64,000 nucleotides of DNA from Auanema rhodensis (lineage: Eukaryota; Animalia; Nematoda): contig OZ059894.1 in assembly GCA_964057225.1 (NCBI GenBank), positions 21,700,001 through 21,764,000 of the forward strand, written 5' to 3'. This document shows positions 55,460 to 64,000 of the stretch, one piece after another. Within the stretch, counting starts at the first letter, position 1. Each line of letters starts with the position of its first letter. The position numbers were made by a program, and so were the translations under genes. The notes below the pieces were generated by a model that had not been told where the DNA came from, searched no databases, and saw nothing but the letters and a program-made list of their open reading frames with translations.

Positions 55460-58400
55460 TACACAAATTAGTTATGATCGTTTGAAAAATGATGCATTAG
55501 TGTGTGTTGAGTTTCCATGTACACTCAACATTGCTTCCAAAAACATTTTGACAAAAATTTTTTCGAAAAATTTCAAAATAATTCAGCAAAAAGTAGATGT
55601 TTTTAGATTCCTTTTTTCAAGGCAAAGACGATGGACAATGTTATTCAACGAAAAAATTGATTCTTCAGGGTGAAAATCGAGGATATTTGTGTGAACTTAT
55701 ATCAGTTGATATCTCGGTGCATTTTTAAGCTAGCGCAAATCTGATAACACAGATCGACGCAGCTTAAAAATCCGCATCGAATGCACTATACTACATTGAG
55801 AAACGCTTAATACACAAATTAGTTATGATCGTTTGAAAAATGATGCATTAGTGTGTGTTGAGTTTCCATGTACACTCAACATTGCTTCCAAAAACATTTT
55901 GACAAAAATTTTTTCGAAAAATTTCAAAATAATTCAGCAAAAAGTAGATGTTTTTAGATTCCTTTTTTCAAGGCAAAGACGATGGACAATGTTATTCAAC
56001 GAAAAAATTGATTCTTCAGGGTGAAAATCGAGGATATTTGTGTGAACTTATATCAGTTGATATCTCGGTGCATTTTTAAGCTAGCGCAAATCTGATAACA
56101 CAGATCGACGCAGCTTAAAAATCCGCAACGAATGCACTATACTACATTGAGAAACGCTTAATACAAAAATTAGTTATGATCGTTTGAAAAATGATGCATT
56201 AGTGTATGTTGAGTTTCCATGTACACTCAACATTGCTTCCAAAAACATTTTGACAAAAATTTTTTCGAAAAATTTCAAAATAATTTAGCAAAAAGTAGAT
56301 GTTTTTAGATTCCTTTTTTCAAGGCAAAGACGATGGACAATGTTATTCAACGAAAAAATTAATTCTTCAGGGTGAAAATCGAGGATATAAGTGTGAACTT
56401 ATATCAGTTGATATCTCGGTGCATTTTTAAGCTAGCGCAAATCTGATAACACAGATCGACGCAGCTTAAAAATCGGCATCGAATGCACTATACTACATTG
56501 AGAAACGCTTAATACAAAAATAAGTTATGATCGTTTGAAAAATGATGCATTAGTGTATGTTGAGTTTCCATGTACACTCAACATTGCTTCCAAAAACATT
56601 TTGACAAAAATTTTTTCGAAAAATTTCAAAATAATTTAGCAAAAAGTAGATGTTTTTAGATTCCTTTTTTCAAGGCAAAGACGATGGACAATGTTATTCA
56701 ACGAAAAAATTAATTCTTCAGGGTGAAAATCGAGGATATAAGTGTGAACTTATATCAGTTGATATCTCGGTGCATTTTTAAGCTAGCGCAAATCTGATAA
56801 CACAGATCGACGCAGCTTAAAAATCCGCAACGAATGCACTATACTACATTGAGAAACGCTTAATACAAAAATAAGTTATGATCGTTTGAAAAATGATGCA
56901 TTAGTGTATGTTGAGTTTCCATGTACACTCAACATTGCTTCCAAAAACATTTTGACAAAAATTTTTTCGAAAAATTTCAAAATAATTCAGCAAAAAGTAG
57001 ATGTTTTTAGATTCCTTTTTTCAAGGCAAAGACGATGGACAATGTTATTCAACGAAAAAATTAATTCTTCAGGGTGAAAATCGAGGATATAAGTGTGAAC
57101 TTATATCAGTTGATATCTCGGTGCATTTTTAAGCTAGCGCAAATCTGATAACACAGATCGACGCAGCTTAAAAATCCGCATCGAATGCACTATACTACAT
57201 TGAGAAACGTTTGATACAAAAATTAGTTATGATCGTTTGAAAAATGATGCATTAGTGTATGTTGAGTTTCCATGTACACTCAACATTGCTTCCAAAAACA
57301 TTTTGACAAAAATTTTTTCGAAAAATTTCAAAATAATTTAGCAAAAAGTAGATGTTTTTAGATTCCATTTTTTAAGGCAAAGACGATGGACAATGTTATT
57401 CAACGAAAAAATTAATTCTTCAGGGTGAAAATCGAGGATATAAGTGTAAACTTATATCAGTTGATATCTCGGTGCATTTTTAAGCTAGCGCAAATCTGAT
57501 AACACAGATCGACGCAGCTTAAAAATCCGCATCGAATGCACTATACTACATTGAGAAACGCTTAATACACAAATTAGTTATGATCGTTTGAAAAATGATG
57601 CATTAGTGTGTGTTGAGTTTCCATGTACACTCAACATTGCTTCCAAAAACATTTTGACAAAAATTTTTTCGAAAAATTTCAAAATAATTCAGCAAAAAGT
57701 AGATGTTTTTAGATTCCTTTTTTCAAGGCAAAGACGATGGACAATGTTATTCAACGAAAAAATTGATTCTTCAGGGTGAAAATCGAGGATATTTGTGTGA
57801 ACTTATATCAGTTGATATCTCGGTGCATTTTTAAGCTAGCGCAAATCTGATAACACAGATCGACGCAGCTTAAAAATCCGCATTGAATGCACTATACTAC
57901 ATTGAGAAACGCTTAATACACAAATTAGTTATGATCGTTTGAAAAATGATGCATTAGTGTGTGTTGAGTTTCCATGTACACTCAACATTGCTTCCAAAAA
58001 CATTTTGACAAAAATTTTTTCGAAAAATTTCAAAATAATTCAGCAAAAAGTAGATGTTTTTAGATTCCTTTTTTCAAGGCAAAGACGATGGACAATGTTA
58101 TTCAACGAAAAACTTGATTCTTCAGGGTGAAAATCGAGGATATTTGTGTGAACTTATATCAGTTGATATCTCGGTGCATTTTTAAGCTAGCGCAAATCTG
58201 ATAACACAGATCGACGCAGCTTAAAAATCCGCAACGAATGCACTATACTACATTGAGAAACGCTTAATACAAAAATTAGTTATGATCGTTTGAAAAATGA
58301 TGCATTAGTGTATGTTGAGTTTCCATGTACACTCAACATTGCTTCCAAAAACATTTTGACAAAAATTTTTTCGAAAAATTTCAAAATAATTTAGCAAAAA

Positions 58401-59320
58401 GTAGATGTTTTTAGATTCCTTTTTTCAAGGCAAAGACGATGGACAATGTTATTCAACGAAAAAATTAATTCTTCAGGGTGAAAATCGAGGATATAAGTGT
58501 GAACTTATATCAGTTGATATCTCGGTGCATTTTTAAGCTAGCGCAAATCTGATAACACAGATCGACGCAGCTTAAAAATCCGCATCGAATGCACTATACT
58601 ACATTGAGAAACGCTTAATACAAAAATAAGTTATGATCGTTTGAAAAATGATGCATTAGTGTATGTTGAGTTTCCATGTACACTCAACATTGCTTCCAAA
58701 AACATTTTGACAAAAATTTTTTCGAAAAATTTCAAAATAATTTAGCAAAAAGTAGATGTTTTTAGATTCCTTTTTTCAAGGCAAAGACGATGGACAATGT
58801 TATTCAACGAAAAAATTAATTCTTCAGGGTGAAAATCGAGGATATAAGTGTGAACTTATATCAGTTGATATCTCGGTGCATTTTTAAGCTAGCGCAAATC
58901 TGATAACACAGATCGACGCAGCTTAAAAATCCGCAACGAATGCACTATACTACATTGAGAAACGCTTAATACAAAAATAAGTTATGATCGTTTGAAAAAT
59001 GATGCATTAGTGTATGTTGAGTTTCCATGTACACTCAACATTGCTTCCAAAAACATTTTGACAAAAATTTTTTCGAAAAATTTCAAAATAATTCAGCAAA
59101 AAGTAGATGTTTTTAGATTCCTTTTTTCAAGGCAAAGACGATGGACAATGTTATTCAACGAAAAAATTAATTCTTCAGGGTGAAAATCGAGGATATAAGT
59201 GTGAACTTATATCAGTTGATATCTCGGTGCATTTTTAAGCTAGCGCAAATCTGATAACACAGATCGACGCAGCTTAAAAATCCGCATCGAATGCACTATA
59301 CTACATTGAGAAACGTTTGA
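55460..59320 (+). repeat. Hexamer-spaced (2106-bp) duplication in the right sub-array
   Basis: Monomer types recur at +2106 (ORF track 55482/57588, 55833/57939, 56886/58992; AAAATAAG markers), with a few private SNPs. Confidence 0.7.
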
Positions 59321-62300
59321 TACAAAAATTAGTTATGATCGTTTGAAAAATGATGCATTAGTGTATGTTGAGTTTCCATGTACACTCAACATTGCTTCCA
59401 AAAACATTTTGACAAAAATTTTTTCGAAAAATTTCAAGATAATTCAGCAAAAAGTAGATGTTTTTAGATTCCATTTTTCAAGGCAAAGACGATGGACAAT
59501 ATTATTCAACGAAAAAATTAATTCTTCAGGGTGAAAATCGAGGATATAAGTGTGAACTTATATCAGTTGATATCTCGGTGCATTTTAAAGCTAGCGCAAA
59601 TCTGATAACACAGATCGACGCAGCTCAAAAATCCGCATCGAATGCACTATACTACATTGAGAAACGTTTGATACAAAAATTAGTTATGATCGTTTGAAAA
59701 ATGATGCATTAGTGTATGTTGAGTTTCCATGTACACTCAACATTGCTTCCAAAAACATTTTGACAAAAATTTTTTCGAAAAATTTCAAGATAATTCAGCA
59801 AAAAGTAGATGTTTTTAGATTCCATTTTTCAAGGCAAAGACGATGGACAATATTATTCAACGAAAAAATTAATTCTTCAGGGTGAAAATCGAGGATATAA
59901 GTGTGAACTTATATCAGATGATATATCGGTGCATTTTTAAGCTAGCGCAAATCTGATAACACAGATCGACGCAGCTTAAAAATCCGCATCGAATGCACTA
60001 TACTACATTGAGAAACGCTTAATACAAAAATTAGTTATGATCGTTTGAAAAATGATGCATTAGTGTATGTTGAGTTTCCATGTACACTCAACATTGCTTC
60101 CAAAAACATTTTGACAAAAATTTTTTCGAAAAATTTCAAAATAATTTAGGAAAAAGTAAATGTTTTTAGATTCCTTTTTTCAAGGCAAAGACGATGGACA
60201 ATGTTATTCAACGAAAAAATTAATTCTTCAGGGTGAAAATCGAGGATATAAGTGTGAACTTATATCAGTTGATATCTCGGTGCATTTTAAAGCTAGCGCA
60301 AATCTGATAACACAGATCGACGCAGCTCAAAAATCCGCATCGAATGCACTATACTACATTGAGAAACGCTTAATACAAAAATTAGTTATGATCGTTTGAA
60401 AAATGATGCATTAGTGTATGTTGAGTTTCCATGTACACTCAACATTGCTTCCAAAAACATTTTGACAAAAATTTTTTCGAAAAATTTCAAAATAATTTAG
60501 GAAAAAGTAGATGTTTTTAGATTTCTTTTTTCAAGGCGAAGACGATGGACAATGTTATTCAACGAAAAAATTAATTCTTCAGGGTGAAAATCGAGGATAT
60601 AAGTGTGAACTTATATCAGTTGATATCTCGGTGCATTTTTAAGCTAGCGCAAATCTGATAACACAGATCGACGCAGCTTAAAAATCCGCATCGAATGCAC
60701 TATACTACATTGAGAAACGTTTGATACAAAAATTAGTTATGATCGTTTGAAAAATGATGCATTAGTGTATGTTGAGTTTCCATGTACACTCAACATTGCT
60801 TCCAAAAACATTTTGACAAAAATTTTTTCGAAAAATTTCATAATAATTTAGCAAAAAGTAGATGTTTTTAGATTCCTGTTTTTAAGGCAAAGACGATGGA
60901 CAATGTTATTCAACGAAAAAATTAATTCTTCAGGGTGAAAATCGAGGATATAAGTGTGAACTTATATCAGTTGATATCTCGGTGCATTTTTAAGCTAGCG
61001 CAAATCTGATAACACAGATCGACGCAGCTTAAAAATCCGCATTGAATGCACTATACTACATTGAGAAACGCTTAATACACAAATTAGTTATGATCGTTTG
61101 AAAAATGATGCATTAGTGTGTGTTGAGTTTCCATGTACACTCAACATTGCTTCCAAAAACATTTTGACAAAAATTTTTTCGAAAAATTTCAAAATAATTT
61201 AGCAAAAAGTAGATGTTTTTAGATTCCATTTTTTAAGGCAAAGACGATGGACAATGTTATTCAACGAAAAAATTAATTCTTCAGGGTGAAAATCGAGGAT
61301 ATAAGTGTAAACTTATATCAGTTGATATCTCGGTGCATTTTTAAGCTAGCGCAAATCTGATAACACAGATCGACGCAGCTTAAAAATCCGCATCGAATGC
61401 ACTATACTACATTGAGAAACGCTTAATACACAAATTAGTTATGATCGTTTGAAAAATGATGCATTAGTGTGTGTTGAGTTTCCATGTACACTCAACATTG
61501 CTTCCAAAAACATTTTGACAAAAATTTTTTCGAAAAATTTCAAAATAATTCAGCAAAAAGTAGATGTTTTTAGATTCCTTTTTTCAAGGCAAAGACGATG
61601 GACAATGTTATTCAACGAAAAAATTGATTCTTCAGGGTGAAAATCGAGGATATTTGTGTGAACTTATATCAGTTGATATCTCGGTGCATTTTTAAGCTAG
61701 CGCAAATCTGATAACACAGATCGACGCAGCTTAAAAATCCGCAACGAATGCACTATACTACATTGAGAAACGCTTAATACAAAAATTAGTTATGATCGTT
61801 TGAAAAATGATGCATTAGTGTATGTTGAGTTTCCATGTACACTCAACATTGCTTCCAAAAACATTTTGACAAAAATTTTTTCGAAAAATTTCAAAATAAT
61901 TCAGCAAAAAGTAGATGTTTTTAGATTCCTTTTTTCAAGGCAAAGACGATGGACAATGTTATTCAACGAAAAAATTGATTCTTCAGGGTGAAAATCGAGG
62001 ATATTTGTGTGAACTTATATCAGTTGATATCTCGGTGCATTTTTAAGCTAGCGCAAATCTGATAACACAGATCGACGCAGCTTAAAAATCCGCAACGAAT
62101 GCACTATACTACATTGAGAAACGCTTAATACAAAAATTAGTTATGATCGTTTGAAAAATGATGCATTAGTGTATGTTGAGTTTCCATGTACACTCAACAT
62201 TGCTTCCAAAAACATTTTGACAAAAATTTTTTCGAAAAATTTCAAAATAATTCAGCAAAAAGTAAATGTTTTTAGATTCCTTTTTTCAAGGCAAAGACGA

Positions 62301-63680
62301 TGGACAATGTTATTCAACGAAAAAATTAATTCTTCAGGGTGAAAATCGAGGATATAAGTGTGAACTTATATCAGTTGATATCTCGGTGCATTTTTAAGCT
62401 AGCGCAAATCTGATAACACAGATCGACGCAGCTTAAAAATCCGCATCGAATGCACTATACTACATTGAGAAACGTTTGATACAAAAATTAGTTATGATCG
62501 TTTGAAAAATGATGCATTAGTGTATGTTGAGTTTCCATGTACACTCAACATTGCTTCCAAAAACATTTTGACAAAAATTTTTTCGAAAAATTTCAAGATA
62601 ATTCAGCAAAAAGTAGATGTTTTTAGATTCCATTTTTCAAGGCAAAGACGATGGACAATATTATTCAACGAAAAAATTAATTCTTCAGGGTGAAAATCGA
62701 GGATATAAGTGTGAACTTATATCAGTTGATATCTCGGTGCATTTTAAAGCTAGCGCAAATCTGATAACACAGATCGACGCAGCTCAAAAATCCGCATCGA
62801 ATGCACTATACTACATTGAGAAACGTTTGATACAAAAATTAGTTATGATCGTTTGAAAAATGATGCATTAGTGTATGTTGAGTTTCCATGTACACTCAAC
62901 ATTGCTTCCAAAAACATTTTGACAAAAATTTTTTCGAAAAATTTCAAGATAATTCAGCAAAAAGTAGATGTTTTTAGATTCCATTTTTCAAGGCAAAGAC
63001 GATGGACAATATTATTCAACGAAAAAATTAATTCTTCAGGGTGAAAATCGAGGATATAAGTGTGAACTTATATCAGATGATATATCGGTGCATTTTTAAG
63101 CTAGCGCAAATCTGATAACACAGATCGACGCAGCTTAAAAATCCGCATCGAATGCACTATACTACATTGAGAAACGCTTAATACAAAAATTAGTTATGAT
63201 CGTTTGAAAAATGATGCATTAGTGTATGTTGAGTTTCCATGTACACTCAACATTGCTTCCAAAAACATTTTGACAAAAATTTTTTCGAAAAATTTCAAAA
63301 TAATTTAGGAAAAAGTAAATGTTTTTAGATTCCTTTTTTCAAGGCAAAGACGATGGACAATGTTATTCAACGAAAAAATTAATTCTTCAGGGTGAAAATC
63401 GAGGATATAAGTGTGAACTTATATCAGTTGATATCTCGGTGCATTTTAAAGCTAGCGCAAATCTGATAACACAGATCGACGCAGCTCAAAAATCCGCATC
63501 GAATGCACTATACTACATTGAGAAACGCTTAATACAAAAATTAGTTATGATCGTTTGAAAAATGATGCATTAGTGTATGTTGAGTTTCCATGTACACTCA
63601 ACATTGCTTCCAAAAACATTTTGACAAAAATTTTTTCGAAAAATTTCAAAATAATTTAGGAAAAAGTAAATGTTTTTAGA
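59200..63680 (+). repeat. Block of ~4 distinctive monomers duplicated at +3159 bp
   Basis: CAAGATAATTCAG, ACAATATT, CATTTTAAAG+GCTCAAAA, CAGATGATATATC and TTTAGGAAAAAGTAAA recur at +3159 (ORF track 59343/62502, 59458/62617, 59694/62853, 60160/63319). Confidence 0.85.
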
Positions 63681-64000
63681 TTCCTTTTTTCAAGGCAAAG
63701 ACGATGGACAATGTTATTCAACGAAAAAATTAATTCTTCAGGGTGAAAATCGAGGATATAAGTGTGAACTTATATCAGTTGATATCTCGGTGCATTTTTA
63801 AGCTAGCGCAAATCTGATAACACAGATCGACGCAGCTTAAAAATCCGCATCGAATGCACTATACTACATCAAGAAACGCTTGATACAAAAATTAGTTATG
63901 ATCGTTTGAAAAATGATGCATTAGTGTATGTTGAGTTTCCATGTACACTCAACATTGCTTCCAAAAACATTTTGACAAAAATTTTTTCGAAAAATTTCAA

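Larger units (their letters stand above)
1..64000 (+). repeat. Tandem satellite DNA array, 351-bp monomer, ~182 copies, head-to-tail, running off both window ends
   Basis: The same sequence restarts at 1, 352, 703 ... 7021, 14041 and 21061 (1+351n). After a 1-bp insertion it restarts at 28082 ... 63182 (2+351n). ORF-track spacings are multiples of 351 (351, 702, 1053, 2106, 3159). No non-satellite sequence or inversion was seen. Confidence 0.99.
53003..64000 (+). repeat. Right sub-array (haplotype layer D)
   Basis: No GATAGAC. Frequent AATTCAG, AATTGATTC, GGATATTTG, CCGCAACG, AAAATAAG, CAAGATAATTC and TTTAGGAA alleles. Confidence 0.75.

Noticed and set aside
3533-63044. 63-aa plus-strand ORFs (MKNDALVY...) as a tandem gene family
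   Set aside because: They depend on a single TAG>CAG variant. Most monomers have the stop, the start is TTG, the K/F/I/N-rich composition simply mirrors the A/T tracts, and I see no sign of codon-level constraint.
1-64000. CRISPR array or array of variable cassettes
   Set aside because: There are no unique spacers. The whole 351 bp is repeated with only scattered SNPs, and no cas, integrase or reverse transcriptase gene is present.

Overview
The whole window is one uninterrupted head-to-tail satellite DNA array. It holds about 182.3 copies of a 351-bp AT-rich monomer (about 31% GC, hand-counted on copy 1), all in the same orientation, each differing from the consensus by only a few substitutions. 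I found no credible genes, RNA genes, CRISPR array or inserted mobile element; the listed ORFs are chance by-products of the repeat. This is typical of eukaryotic (peri)centromeric or heterochromatic satellite. I do not recognise the family or the organism. The informative structure is internal. (i) Each monomer contains several inverted repeats, including a ~67-bp nested hairpin. (ii) I found only one indel in 64 kb. (iii) Diagnostic SNPs divide the array into layers: a central ~42-kb block lies between two flanks that share alleles with each other. (iv) Local higher-order repeats of 2, 3, 5, 6 and 9 monomers occur, and a 3159-bp (9-mer) spacing recurs. I see no evidence for a novel protein-coding system.
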